A DNA stretch of 64,000 nt from Eledone cirrhosa. Lineage: Eukaryota. The notes under the pieces were generated by a model. That model searched no databases. It saw nothing but the letters and a program-made list of their open reading frames with translations, and was not told where the DNA came from. Location of the stretch: NCBI GenBank assembly GCA_964016885.1, contig OZ024742.1, positions 183,892,001 to 183,956,000 of the forward strand. Direction: 5' to 3'. Positions 14,599 to 28,754 of the stretch are shown one piece after another. Each line of letters opens with the position of its first letter. Position 1 is the first letter of the stretch. Both the position numbers and the translations under genes were made by a program.

Positions 14599-15536
14599 CT
14601 GGGTATATATTTGTGTGTGATGACGGGGTACGTACGTTTGGTTGTGTGTACTTGTATGTGTATGGGTGTACGTGTGTGTGTGTGTGTGTGTGTGCGTGTG
14701 CGGTTAGAATGTACAGCGGGATGAGTTCCGGCTCTCTGCGTTCAAATCCCGCCGTGGTCAACTTTGCCTGTAATCCTTCCTTTCAATGTCGACAATTAGA
14801 TACGAGTCGTGTACTGGTGCTGCCCTCTCTCTATCTTCTCCGGCTATCACATCATCCGCCGGGTCGAGGATGGCGAAAGCATTGTACAAGTTGATGCTAT
14901 CAAGATGTACCACATAACCTAAGTAAGTCGTGGAAGCTATGCGGATGGATCCTCCGTTAGTTTCGGCGATGAGCATTCAGTTGTTCGTGGAAGCTATACG
15001 GATGGATCCTCCGTTAGTTTCGGCGATGAGCATTCAGTTGTTCGAATAACTGAACTACCTACTCAGTAAATATTTCAAGGTTATGTAACGTTATTGTTGC
15101 AAAATATCATATTCAGACGTATGTGTTTACAGTCAAGAAGAAAGAAAACAAAATGTGGGGAGGGAAAAAGAAGAAAAATAAATAAAGGGAAACTGGGTGA
15201 CATGAGAAGGGGAAAATAAGAAACCCTTCGCTGGGCAGTAAACGCCTCAGAAAACGCCCTGCGAAAAAAATAACTTCAACCTTTCAGCGGAGAACAGCTA
15301 GCGATACCCACTGGATCAGCCATTCCACCTCAAGAGGTTCCTTTGGAGGCATGGAGTAGAAGCACAAAAATTAGGTATCCCAAGGACCAGGAAGGGAGCA
15401 AACCTTGACAATTGGGATATATATATATATAGTTATGTTATAGTTATCTGTTACCTACATAGCATAACTATTAAGCTCTGTTACCTACATAGAGCACTCT
15501 TTTTTCCTGGACTTTTCCGACGGAATTACTTCATTT

Positions 15537-15570
<34 letters not shown>

Positions 15571-15571
<1 letters not shown>

Positions 15572-15766
15572 GGTACGTTATTCCGGGTTGAATCGGAGGT
15601 AACCACACTAAGTAAGGTACTCAATACATTGCAGAGTATAAAAGTTTTAATATAGATGAGATTCTACAGGACTTGAACTGTTTCATTCTTTAGAAATCAT
15701 CAGGAATTCCTGATGATTTCTAAAGAATGAAACAGTTCTAGTCCTGTAGAATCTCATCTATATTAA

Positions 15767-15770
<4 letters not shown>
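15571..15770. mobile_element. Family B fold-back element with hammerheads on both strands
   Basis: Palindrome centred ggaa|ttcc at 15706/7; attc-CTGATGA-tttctaaagaat-GAAACAG-ttctagtc-CTGTA-gaat; (TA)n flanks. Confidence 0.8.
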
Positions 15771-15851
<81 letters not shown>

Positions 15852-15907
15852 AAAAAGTTTAACCCCGGCGGCAGAGCTCAGGCCGTTTCGACGGCTATTT
15901 CTGGACT

Positions 15908-15944
<37 letters not shown>

Positions 15945-15981
15945 ATTTCCCCTCAGCATAGAACAGGCAAAAGCGTAAAAG

Positions 15982-16057
<76 letters not shown>

Positions 16058-16282
16058 GGCTTTACCTCACATAATATCTCACATAATATCTAATCTATGA
16101 GATTTTGATGTTATTAATTTTGATAACAATACCTTAACTTCAGTATGAGTGGCCAGTTACAGCCGGTTTGAACAGAAAGAGGTGAGAGAATTCTGGCCAT
16201 CCACAATGTTCCTGTGTATGATGACATTTAAAAAGTATTAACCCTTTAGTATTTACATTACTCTATATATACTATGTGTCTG

Positions 16283-16590
16283 TGTGTATATCATGACTCA
16301 TACACTGTTCACTTTCCTGACATTTCTACATTATTCTATGTACCATATACACACCTTTGATAAGTTGTAGTGCACCTGAGCACTGTATACAATCATTTTC
16401 TTTATATAAATGATGTGTGTATATAATGATGTTTATATAATGGTTTGTAGCATGTGTGTATACCATGACTCATACACTTTCACGTTCCTGACATTTGTAC
16501 ATTATTCTATGTACTATACATGTACCTTTGATGAGTTTTAGTGCACCTGAGCACTATACACAATAATTTTCATCATCATATTATTATTAT
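16283..16590 (+). repeat. Two tandem copies of a probable LINE 3'UTR
   Basis: catgactcatacac...gtgcacctgagcact.tatac duplicated ~172 bp apart; ATT-repeat tail. Confidence 0.55.
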
Positions 16591-16596
16591 ATATAT

Positions 16597-16778
16597 AGGA
16601 ACGAGTAGGACCCCGACGGCTGAGCTCAAGCCGTTTCAACGGCTAATTCTGGACGCCTCGAAACGGCTTGAGCTCAGCCGTCGGGGTCCTACTCGTTCCT
16701 ATTACCCACTCAACTACCATAAGTATTGAATACTTTGGTGCGTTATGGTCCACCTGGTTCCTTACCACATTTCCTTCG

Positions 16779-16780
<2 letters not shown>
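16597..16780. mobile_element. Family A fold-back element
   Basis: Inverted arms joined at ~16645-16658, just upstream of GAAAC. Confidence 0.75.
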
Positions 16781-16811
<31 letters not shown>

Positions 16812-16898
16812 TATTGAAGTTTCCGTTGAAAATTGAAAAAGTCAGAGGAATGAAGAGTGCTCTATGTAAGTTACAGAGCTAAATATTTAAATTGTCTT

Positions 16899-16968
16899 GT
16901 CTGACGAACGAATGCGGACGTTTCTTGTATTCGTCTTATTCGGGAAACCTCTGGTAATGAGGTAATTA
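16899..16968 (+). ncRNA. Type I hammerhead ribozyme (family F), weak stem I
   Basis: CTGACGA 16901; stem II cgaat/attcg plus gacg/cgtc; GAAA 16944; stem III ACCTC/GAGGT; GUA site. Confidence 0.6.
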
Positions 16969-17059
16969 TACTGTATTGTTTATTATACATTATATATATA
17001 TATATATATATACATAATATTTGTCCTGGGTATGACATTAAACTGTATCCAGTGGCAAG

Positions 17060-17136
<77 letters not shown>

Positions 17137-17141
<5 letters not shown>

Positions 17142-17182
17142 AGCTGAGGATCCGCTAAGGTGAAACAATTGTTGTCGGTATG
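17137..17182 (+). ncRNA. Hammerhead-like motif (family E)
   Basis: CTGAGGA-tccgctaaggt-GAAA-caattgtt; palindromic AACAATTGTT; stem I imperfect. Confidence 0.5.
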
Positions 17183-17207
17183 TTGAACTAACTGTTGTGT
17201 AATCACT

Positions 17208-17284
<77 letters not shown>

Positions 17285-17429
17285 GTGTGTATGTTTGAGT
17301 ATATATATATGTATATACTCATAGACACACATACATATTTACGTATATATGATATATGTGTACGTATATATGCATTAGTGATGTGCATGTCTGTAAATAA
17401 AAATATTGCTTCCCCTATAAACATTATTA

Positions 17430-17820
17430 TCTGAGTTCAAATCCCGCCGAGGTTAACTTTGCCTTTCATCCTTACGGGGTCGATAAAATAAAGTACCAGT
17501 AATGCACTGGGTAATTGCTGGCCTTGTGCCAAAAGTAGAAACAATTATTATATATTTAAATATCTAAACATACATGGCGGTCCCTTAAGGTGAACCAGGT
17601 GAGGGATGCAAAACGATATTAGACTCATTATTAGTTAATTGGCAGTATCGGTAGAGGGTCGGACGCCATGCTTTGACGTTTAGAGTTACGGCCCTTGCCA
17701 TTCTGAGTTCAAATCCCGCCGAGGTTAACTTTGCCTTTCATCCTTACGGGGTCGAAAAAATAAAGTACCAGTAATACACTGGGTTATTGCTGGCCTTGTG
17801 CCAAAAGTAGAAACAATTAT
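17430..17820 (+). mobile_element. Two young SINE copies (17430-17545, 17638-17820)
   Basis: Consensus match to the young SINE. Confidence 0.85.
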
Positions 17821-18059
17821 TATAATACTTTACTTGATTAATACCATTTATATTTTGGAATAATATAATATATTAATTACAATGCAAACATTTTCCGAAT
17901 ATGTCAGGACTTGTTTTGAAAGAGAAGACATCATTACATAAGAATACTGTCACTCAAATATATATTTCATTTGCTTAACACATCATTTTTTTACGACACG
18001 CCATTAATACACTCACACATACAGACATATATTCATACATACATACATACATACATACA

Positions 18060-18090
<31 letters not shown>

Positions 18091-18186
18091 CCATGCATAC
18101 ATATGCACACTCACTCTCTCCCTCTCTCTCTCTCTCACACACATATATGTATGTATATATATATATGTATATATGTATATACATAT

Positions 18187-18236
<50 letters not shown>

Positions 18237-18253
18237 CTATATATCTATATATA

Positions 18254-18276
18254 TATCTATATATATAAAACTGAGG

Positions 18277-18337
<61 letters not shown>

Positions 18338-18912
18338 TGTGAGTTTGAATCCCTAAAACTCGAGAAGTACCCAACCGATATTTTTCAAACTTTACATGTG
18401 TATTACTTATATTTCATGTCAACCTTTTGATCCCCTAGCGCCCGCATTAGGTTTAAAACTGTGTTTTTTCAGCTTTTTATGGGTTTTTTGAGGCTTTACG
18501 TCACACCGATTTCCTAGAAATTGTAACTATGTATTAGTCAGTCTCTTCTTCATACCGTGAGCAAAGAAAGTCCAACTTTTTTATGGCCTAGGGCCCGCAT
18601 TAGGTGAAAAACTTCATTTTTTTCAGCTTTTTAGGGCTTTTTTGAGGCGTTACGTCTAGCCGATTTCCCCGAAATTTCAAGGCATATTATGCACATAAAA
18701 AAAATTCATTTTCTTGATCCCCTAGGGCCCGCATTAGTTGAAAACCTGCATGTTTCCTGCTTCATCGAGGAAAATCTTAAAGATTATCCAGCTATCAGAG
18801 TATTCGGTTTATTTTCTTTACATATTGTCCAGGCATGGAGTTTTTCCACGATTAGGTTGGCAGCCCGCGTTCCAAAATACCTTATCCCGTGCAACGCCGG
18901 GTACCACTGCTA

Positions 18913-18913
<1 letters not shown>
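18254..18913 (+). mobile_element. Non-autonomous Helitron
   Basis: A|TCtatatatataaaa 5' end, (TG)n, three internal cctag.gcccgcattag subrepeats, subterminal hairpin cccg-tgcaacgc-cggg, 3' CTAG|T. Confidence 0.85.
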
Positions 18914-18964
<51 letters not shown>

Positions 18965-19919
18965 ATGTATATATGTGTATGTATATATATATGTATATAT
19001 ATATATATGCATGCACACATGTATACATATAAACAGAGTTTCTCTCAAAATATGATCCTTTAGGCAACAAAGTGTTTAATCCGAATGAGATTCCGTGACG
19101 AGAACCTCTAAAGAACTGACGAAATATATTATCGAATTTATATATACCGCTTATATTGGTTTTGAATTCGATCCCCGGTAAAATCAACATCCACCCAATA
19201 AAAAAAATTAAAAAAAGGATTTTTCCATGTATCTCATCTAAAAGTTGATCCTAGTTCCTTAGGAACAACAGATCAATTAGCAGTATCAGTGGAGCGTCGG
19301 ACAACATGCTTATGGCATAGATTTACGGCCCTTTACGATCTGATTTCAAATCCTGCTGTGGTTAAACTTAGCCTTTCAATCCTTACGGGGTCGATAAAAT
19401 GAAGTACCAGTAATGCACTGAGGGAAAAATTTAATTGACTCTCTCCTCCCCCTCCAAAATTTGTTGGCCTTGTGCCAAATTCAGAAAGCAATATTTATGA
19501 ATGAAGGTGTCATACTCAACATAATCGTTAGGACAAAGAAATAAACTTTACTGCGCTATTATGTTCTCATGGACACAAATGGGAACGTAAGAGCTACACG
19601 GTCTTGTTTATAAGTGTTCATGTCGAGAAACACCAGTACTATTATAGCAATAAATAATTTCACATTTGTTCATTTAGTCTTTTGATGACGCGTTTTGCAT
19701 CGTGGTGTGAATTTCAGACCCTCGAAAGCAGTATCCATAAATTATACCTAAAAAGAGCTGAAAAAAAATCGACTTTTACATGAGTATATACGGTGTATGC
19801 GTGTGTATGTATTTGTACGTATTTATGTATTCTCTCCCTCAATCAATACATACATACGCACACACACACACACACACACACAACAAACGCACACACATTA
19901 TATATATATATATAAAAAG

Positions 19920-20252
19920 GGCGGTGTATTGGCAGTATCGGTAGAGAGTCGGACGCCATGCTGTAACGCAAAGAGTTACGGCCCTTTCCATTCTGAGTTC
20001 AAATCCCGCCGAGGTTAACTTTGCCTTTCATCCTTACGGAGTCGATAAAATAAAGTACCAGTAATACACTGGGTAATTGCTGGCCTTGTGCCAAAAGTAG
20101 AAACAATTATATATATATATATGTGTCCCTTTACGATCTGAGTTCAAATCCCGCCGAGGTTAACTTTGCCTTTCAACCTTACGGGGTCGATAAAATAAAG
20201 TACCAGTAATACACTGGGTATTTGCTGGCCCTGTGCCAAAAGTAGAAACAAT
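19920..20252 (+). mobile_element. Two young SINE copies
   Basis: Consensus match; an older related copy lies at 19275-19490. Confidence 0.85.
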
Positions 20253-20281
20253 TATATATATGTATATATATATATATATAT

Positions 20282-20465
20282 AAGAAAATAGTCAGAACCC
20301 CGACAGCTGAGCTCTGGCCATTTCGACAGCTAGATCTAGCTGTCGAAACGGCCGGAGCTCAACCGTAGGGGTCCTGACTCTTTTCCTATTACCCACTCTG
20401 CTACCCTAAGTATCGAGTACTCTGGTGCGTTATGGTCCACCTGGTTCCTTACCACACTTCCTTCG

Positions 20466-20468
<3 letters not shown>
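20282..20468. mobile_element. Family A variant fold-back element
   Basis: tttcgacagctaga|tctagctgtcgaaa centred at 20334/5. Confidence 0.75.
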
Positions 20469-20536
<68 letters not shown>

Positions 20537-20598
20537 ACTCTGCCATGTATTGAGTACCTTACTTACTGTGGTTATCCCCGACTCAACCCGGGACCTAC

Positions 20599-20643
<45 letters not shown>

Positions 20644-20655
20644 ACACTTCCTTCG

Positions 20656-20723
<68 letters not shown>

Positions 20724-20844
20724 GAGGTAAAATAAGAAAATTATAAAAATTAACTTACTTACTAAAATTTCACTCCAACTAATTAGTTTCTGACAGGGAA
20801 TAAACATGGTTTCTTCCGAATGGAACACATGGAGAATGCCTTTC

Positions 20845-20906
<62 letters not shown>

Positions 20907-20910
<4 letters not shown>

Positions 20911-21128
20911 GAATAATCGAGAATCGGAATATCAGCCCACGAAATCACGATAAACAGTATCCGACATGTGTGGCAGAGGGCTCAATAATTTGGATAAATC
21001 AGAGCTATAACCATCGTTAAATTACCAACACATTGAGATTATGCCTAAAATCCCCCGTGCAGCCGAAAAAGAACGACCAGGAAGATTCGGGTCACTCAAA
21101 TAAAATATCAATAAATTAATAAATTAAA
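20907..21128. mobile_element. Family H (TA)n-flanked island
   Basis: Diverged end-to-end homolog at 35487-35711; no hammerhead seen. Confidence 0.6.
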
Positions 21129-21445
21129 TATATATATATATAGAGAGAGAGAGAGCGACGGCTAGAGAGAGGGAGATGCGTGTATTACTTGAACTGCATT
21201 CTCTTCTCATTACTCGAATTTCACGTCACTGCGGTCTTCTTGTCTGAGTATCGCAGTGGTGTGAAACTCAGCTAGCGAGAGAGAAAATTCAATTTACATA
21301 AAACAGCTACTCAATGATATATATTGAGTACACATTACTCACTCGTTTTACACGAAGATGAAATTGGCATTGATTGAAAACTGCAACAGTCACAATTAAC
21401 AAATATATGTCACACGCACACACACACACACACGTATATATATAT

Positions 21446-21475
<30 letters not shown>

Positions 21476-21476
<1 letters not shown>

Positions 21477-21672
21477 GGAACGAGTAGGACCCCGACGGCT
21501 GAGCTCAAGCCGTTTCGACGGCTAATTCTGGACTTAGTCCAGAATTAGCCGTCGAAACGGCTTGAGCTCAGCCGTCGGGGTCTTACTCGTTCCTATTACC
21601 CACTCTACTACCCTAAGTATTGAGTACTTTGGTGCGTTATGGTCCATCTGGTTCCTTACCACATTTCCTTCG

Positions 21673-21674
<2 letters not shown>
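21476..21674. mobile_element. Family A fold-back element
   Basis: gtttcgacggctaattctggac-tta-gtccagaattagccgtcgaaac; loop at 21534-21536. Confidence 0.8.
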
Positions 21675-21707
<33 letters not shown>

Positions 21708-21736
21708 TACACACATATATATATACACACACACAC

Positions 21737-21826
<90 letters not shown>

Positions 21827-21828
21827 CA

Positions 21829-21893
<65 letters not shown>

Positions 21894-22479
21894 CATATAC
21901 ATATATATATATATATATATGTGTATCAATATATATATATATATATATATATTTGTGTATAGTGGTAGCTATGGTGCCTCCGTAGGGGGGGGGGGGGGCA
22001 CACGCCACGGACAAGGAACAGACTAGTTCTAGTGCCACACCACTGACAATAGCATCGCATAGACCTAAGGGGAATAGACATATCGATGACCACATAGAAC
22101 GACGTAAATCTATAACTGTAGAACACAACCAGGACGAACGTAGCAGGCTAATAGACAGGGACAACACACACGAGACGAAATTGAGGTGGGGCAGAGCACT
22201 GGACCGGCACCGAGCCCTAGATACAACAAGATGAATCCATGACAATCCGGCCCCCGAGGCGACCAGAGCGCCCGCCGAGGGCGATATAGTCCAACACCGA
22301 GAGGGAAATAGTGGCATGGGAGGTGGGGTGGGGGGAGGGACAAATGTGTCGGCGGTGCAGCACACTGAGAACCCTGAGAGGGTCATTACAGATCGGGGCC
22401 CGGACATCGGACGCACATGCATCACTGATTTTTCGTTTTCTTTATAATATATATATATATACATATATATGTCCCAAGG

Positions 22480-22559
<80 letters not shown>

Positions 22560-22641
22560 CATATATATACATATATATGTCCCAAGACTCTGATACCATC
22601 AACACTATAAACACAGAGCTGGCATATCTAAGAACTGACTA

Positions 22642-22697
22642 ACTGCCTGATGAGGTCATAGCCATTCAATGGCTATCATCGAAATATATATAGCAGT
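22642..22697 (+). ncRNA. Type I hammerhead ribozyme (family D) in element 22579-22742
   Basis: actgc-CTGATGA-ggtcatagcca ttcaa tggctatcatc-GAAA-tatata-TA-gcagt; stem I actgc/gcagt. Confidence 0.85.
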
Positions 22698-22738
22698 AAA
22701 TAAAGGATTATGAGTTCATGCAATTGACTTATGTTTCG

Positions 22739-22844
<106 letters not shown>

Positions 22845-22904
22845 AATATATACATATGTATATATATATATATATAAATATATATATATAAATATATACA
22901 TATG

Positions 22905-23343
<439 letters not shown>

Positions 23344-23471
23344 ATATTGATACATACATATATATATATATATACACATACATACATACACATACCTGGC
23401 GAACTGGCAGAGTCGTTTAGACGTCGGATTGAAAATGCCTCGGTATTTACTTCAGGTCGCTGTGCACAAGT

Positions 23472-23590
23472 GAAGGCATGTGGCTTAGTGGTTAGATGAT
23501 TGGATTCGCAATCGTGAGGTTGCATGTTCGTTTCCTGGATGCGACGATGCGTTATGTCCTTGAACAAGGCACTTTATTTCCCGTTACTCT
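23472..23590 (+). mobile_element. Old CORE-type tRNA SINE head
   Basis: tggcttagtggttaga A box, gttcgtttcc B-box-like, tgtccttgaacaaggcactttatttc CORE-like segment. Confidence 0.65.
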
Positions 23591-23869
23591 TTCTGGCAGG
23601 GGGTGCGACCGGTAGATAGTAACATTGTTTCTTTGATCAGATTTGACGAGTGAGGTCTGGGATCTTTCAATGACAATATATGAAGTACCAGTTAGTCAAA
23701 TACTGGTGTCGTTTCTTTATCTGGAAGAAATCGACTGAGTTCCAACCTAGAGATGGACTCCTCTATGTTTAAAATGCCCTAGACACGCCACGCCGTGTGT
23801 TACGACGATATCTGTCTGACATCATTAGGAGTTAAGGGTCCTTTACTTAACATAGTTACCAGCATAATT

Positions 23870-24000
23870 ACGTCCCTTTACGATCTGAGTTCAAATCCCG
23901 CCGAGGTTGACTTTGCCTTTCATCCTTACGGGGTCGATAAAATAAAGTACCAGTAATGCACTGGGTAATTGCTGACCTTGTGCCTAAAGTAGAAAGAATT
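23870..24000 (+). mobile_element. Young SINE, 5'-truncated
   Basis: Consensus match. Confidence 0.85.
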
Positions 24001-24240
24001 ATATTATGTATATCGGAGTTGTACGTTTTTGGTAAGTAATTTGATAACACACCGCGTATTGTAACTAAAATAATTACTGCGTGAAACTGTTATTTTAACT
24101 ATTAAAACATAACATAGAAACTGTAAGCCTTACGTTATAATAATCATTTATTTCTCAGTCTTAAAATTCTCGTCAAATTCTCTGCGATCTGATCCCTGAC
24201 ACAAGTATAGAGACAGTCCGAGGAAATTTTGACACAAAAA

Positions 24241-24316
<76 letters not shown>

Positions 24317-24393
24317 TATATATATATTCATATATATTCATTTATATACATTATATATATATGTATATACATACATATATATATACATTACAC

Positions 24394-24426
<33 letters not shown>

Positions 24427-24497
24427 TATATATATATACCTATATATATACATTATATATATTCATATATATATATACATTATATATGTATACATAC

Positions 24498-24561
<64 letters not shown>

Positions 24562-24596
24562 TATATGTATATATTCATATATATTCATTTATATAC

Positions 24597-24651
<55 letters not shown>

Positions 24652-24708
24652 TACATATATATATGTGTGTGTGTGTGTATTTATATATATACATATTTAT
24701 ACATATAT

Positions 24709-24743
<35 letters not shown>

Positions 24744-24812
24744 CTCATATATACTCATACACACGCACACACACACATATATATATAAGTTGTGTGTATA
24801 TATATATGTATG

Positions 24813-24900
<88 letters not shown>

Positions 24901-25207
24901 GATAAATAGATAGATAAATAGCGTTGCAGCATGAGTACAAACTGTATTGGCTTACAACAATTGTTTCGATATCGATCAGCTCGGGGTTCAATCAAGATGA
25001 CGGGACCCGACACTTTTTCGACATCTCGTCAGTTATGCGAGCGTGTATTTGCATACATACATACGTATAAACATACATACATGCATGATGGCTGCAACTC
25101 GATTTCGAGAAATGCCATCGCTTGATACTTAAGCATGGGCATCGTGAATGAGGCTTTTTAGTGCTTCTAGGGACTTGCCTATGGCCAACATTGCCACGGA
25201 CGGACAC

Positions 25208-25285
<78 letters not shown>

Positions 25286-25393
25286 ACGCACACGCGCACG
25301 CACACGCGCACGCACGCGCGCACACACACACACACACACAGACACACACACACACACACACACACACTCACGCACACACACACACACACGCAC

Positions 25394-25426
<33 letters not shown>

Positions 25427-25435
25427 CACATACAC

Positions 25436-25487
<52 letters not shown>

Positions 25488-25592
25488 CTTTACTATAAGA
25501 ACAGATTAAAGTTTAAACAAAGAATCGCTGCTTTCACCCTTAATGTGATCTTCTGAAATATATTTAATCCTTATCGATATATATATATGTAT

Positions 25593-25717
25593 ATATTGTT
25601 ATATTTTGGGAGGGTCATGTTGCCAATAAGAAACACACGCACCAGTTGCTTTCACTTCAATTTATTGGTGCGTGTGTTTCTTATTGGCAACATGACCCTC
25701 CCAAAGTATAACAATAT
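25593..25717. repeat. Fold-back palindrome, ~52-bp arms
   Basis: atattgttatattttgggagggtcatgttgccaataagaaacacacgcacca and its reverse complement at 25666-25717. Confidence 0.9.
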
Positions 25718-25771
25718 CGGTTTCAACACACGTTTTCAGATAAAGAATCTTGCTAAACAAAATCAGAAACG

Positions 25772-25818
<47 letters not shown>

Positions 25819-25926
25819 AGCAAATTATAAACGTAAACATGTAAGTATGTTTTTGAAACGGTGCGCGAGTTTGAAATGAGAAATTAGAAATTATAAGCTT
25901 TCACCGTATTTTAGACTAAAGAAATG

Positions 25927-26052
25927 TCTAGCCTGATAGTGGGGTCTATAATCATCGGAGAAATGGAAAAAGATGAGTGCTGCCGTACATGTACGGCAGC
26001 ACTCATCTTTTTCCATTTCTCCGAGGGTTATAAACCCCACTATCAGGCTAGA
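25927..26052. repeat. Fold-back palindrome (family K)
   Basis: Centre gtaca|tgtac at 25989/90; related palindrome at 53024-53113. Confidence 0.9.
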
Positions 26053-26284
26053 AATGTTATATATATATATATATTAAAACACGAGTTGTGATATATTAGT
26101 AAAAAGGAAAAGAAAATGCTGACAAATTTTTTCCAGGGAAAAATAGTTTAATTAGGAATAAGTATAAATTAGTAATAAGTATTAGTTAGTATTCAGTTTT
26201 TTGTTTTAAGTTTTTATCGGTTGCGCATTTCTTATGCTTTTCAAAAATAATTTGCAAATAGAGTGCTCGTGATTTTTGCTCTAA

Positions 26285-26346
<62 letters not shown>

Positions 26347-26832
26347 AGTCTGCATACCACCACCATAACTTCTGCAGTGATATATACCTGGACAATGTGA
26401 AAGAAAATTCTTCGATGTGCAGAACCCCTGTCGCATATCGCCTCATGATCATAGACTAAAAAGTAACAAAAACAAAATTTAAAACACTACCATCTCTGAT
26501 TTTAAGTATATTATAGCCAGCCTACACACTACTATTACACGAAATCAAATGCTGTGACAGCAACATTTATCACCTCAGTCGGGACCAAATCACTATATTT
26601 GTTGTCGTGTTAGGGTTAAAGTCATGTATTTTTCGAACCGATTAACCGCTTGTTCTGAATTTAATTTTGGCACTGTTTATAAACATATGATAATGCCATT
26701 TAAACAAATGACATTTATTATTATAAATCCATGCGTAGTGTTTACATCATTATTAGCTGACTGCTTCAGTGAAGGCAAATGAATCATATATATATGTGTC
26801 TATATCTGTATATGTGTGTGAGTGTATGAATG

Positions 26833-26900
<68 letters not shown>

Positions 26901-26920
26901 TATACATGTACATATATATA

Positions 26921-26976
<56 letters not shown>

Positions 26977-27023
26977 TGAGATTCTACAGGACTAGAACTG
27001 TTTCATTCTTTAGAAATCATCAG

Positions 27024-27074
27024 GGATTCCTGATGATTTCTAAAGAATGAAACAGTTCTAGTCCTGTAGAATCT
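27024..27074 (+). ncRNA. Type I hammerhead ribozyme (family B) in fold-back element 26973-27158
   Basis: Stem I ggattc/gaatct; CTGATGA; ttc-taaa-gaa; GAAA; stem III ACAG/CTGT; GUA site. Confidence 0.85.
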
Positions 27075-27156
27075 CATCTATATTAAAACTTTTATACTCT
27101 GCAATGTATTGAGTACCTTACTTACTGTGGTTACCTCCGATTCAACCCGGAATAAC

Positions 27157-27194
<38 letters not shown>

Positions 27195-27514
27195 GTACAT
27201 ACACACACACAAATATGTATATATATATATATTTAGAGATAATTGAGTGTGAGTGCGCACGCGGGTGCATGTGTACGTGGTAGCATGCTGGCAGAGTCTT
27301 AGCTGCACTTGTGCTCAGAGTTCAAATTCCGCCGAGGTCAACGAGCGCTTTCGTTTTTTCGTGGTTGATAAATAAAGTACCAATCCAGTGGCAAGACGTA
27401 TCACCACCTCTCTCTCTCCTCTCCCCTCCTCTCTCTTCTCTCTCTCCTCTCCCCTCCTCTCTTTATACACACACGCATATACAGTGTATATATATATATA
27501 TATATATACATATG

Positions 27515-27843
27515 CGCGTCTCGGGTTCAATCGGGGGTAACCACAGTAAGTAACGTATCCAACACATTAGTAGAGTGTATACAGCAAATTTAATATAGAA
27601 ATTACTTCTACAGGACTAGATCTGTTTTATTCGCAGGAAATCATCAGGATTATCATGGCGGGTTGTAGAGTACATATAGTTAAAACCTATAGGCCCAACC
27701 GAGAGCTCATCCGTATATATATATATATATATATATAAATGGCTTCTACAGGACGAGAACTGTTTCATTCAAGAGAAACCACCAGGAAGCCCTTAAGTAC
27801 CCTACTTACTGTGGTTACCCCAGATTGAACCCGGAATAAACTT
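27515..27843 (-). mobile_element. Two diverged family B copies with mutated hammerhead cores
   Basis: 27604-27650 has GAAA>AAAA; 27741-27791 has CTGGTGG core with covarying stem I ggcttc/gaagcc. Confidence 0.7.
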
Positions 27844-27879
27844 ATATATACATATATATATATATATTTTTTATCTCTA

Positions 27880-28105
27880 TTTTTTATCTTTATTTGTTTT
27901 TTTTCATTCGCACCGTTTCCTTTCGCTATATGTCTCTCCACCACTCCCCTACACACCTTTTGAACTCTGTTCCCACACACTTCTCACCTGAGGAAGGGCT
28001 TATGCCCGAAACGTCGTCCCCCACCTACCCCCCACTCTCCTGAGCGTGAAATTAATAAACATTTATTGTACTGCCTCTCTGTTTTGTCCCTGTTCAAATT
28101 TTTCC

Positions 28106-28108
<3 letters not shown>
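27880..28108 (+). mobile_element. Family C element with minimal hammerhead-like core
   Basis: CTGAGGA-a-gggc-ttat-gccc-GAAACGTC at 27988-28015; stem I only 2 bp. Confidence 0.6.
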
Positions 28109-28148
<40 letters not shown>

Positions 28149-28655
28149 TAAAACATGTCTATAGAATCACCAGATAAAATATATACCATTTCCTCTCCCA
28201 ATTAGCATAATCAACTATATAAAACATCGAATAGACCAGGCTATAAGAATAAGGCTTCTATGAAGAAATCCCCAACAAATACCCGAAACCAGCCCTTCGC
28301 GTCGGCCGCGACGGAATATTTATTGAATATTTCGACAGCGTAATCGCCCAGATATACAGTCAATTAAACAGAATTAGGTGTAAAATAAACTAGGAGAAAA
28401 GAGAATACATTTATTCAATGTGACCCGTTGCAAAAGACGTATATGTATATATATATATATGTAAACCTTTATATATATATATATATATGAAAAAGTAAGT
28501 CCTTCATCAGTGACCCTCCAACCGTCCCAGGCATTTCATCGCTTTAAGGGCCATATACCTCAGGTTAGTGCGAACAACGGCTAAAAAAAGTCGTTGGGAC
28601 ACGTAAATAAAGGGGACGTTAGGGTGAACAAACAAAATGGTTTAAGCAACGGAAA

Positions 28656-28707
<52 letters not shown>

Positions 28708-28708
28708 G

Positions 28709-28754
<46 letters not shown>

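Noticed and set aside
28255-28310. ATGAAGA...GAAACC..GTC hammerhead-like string
   Set aside because: Core altered and stem II does not pair
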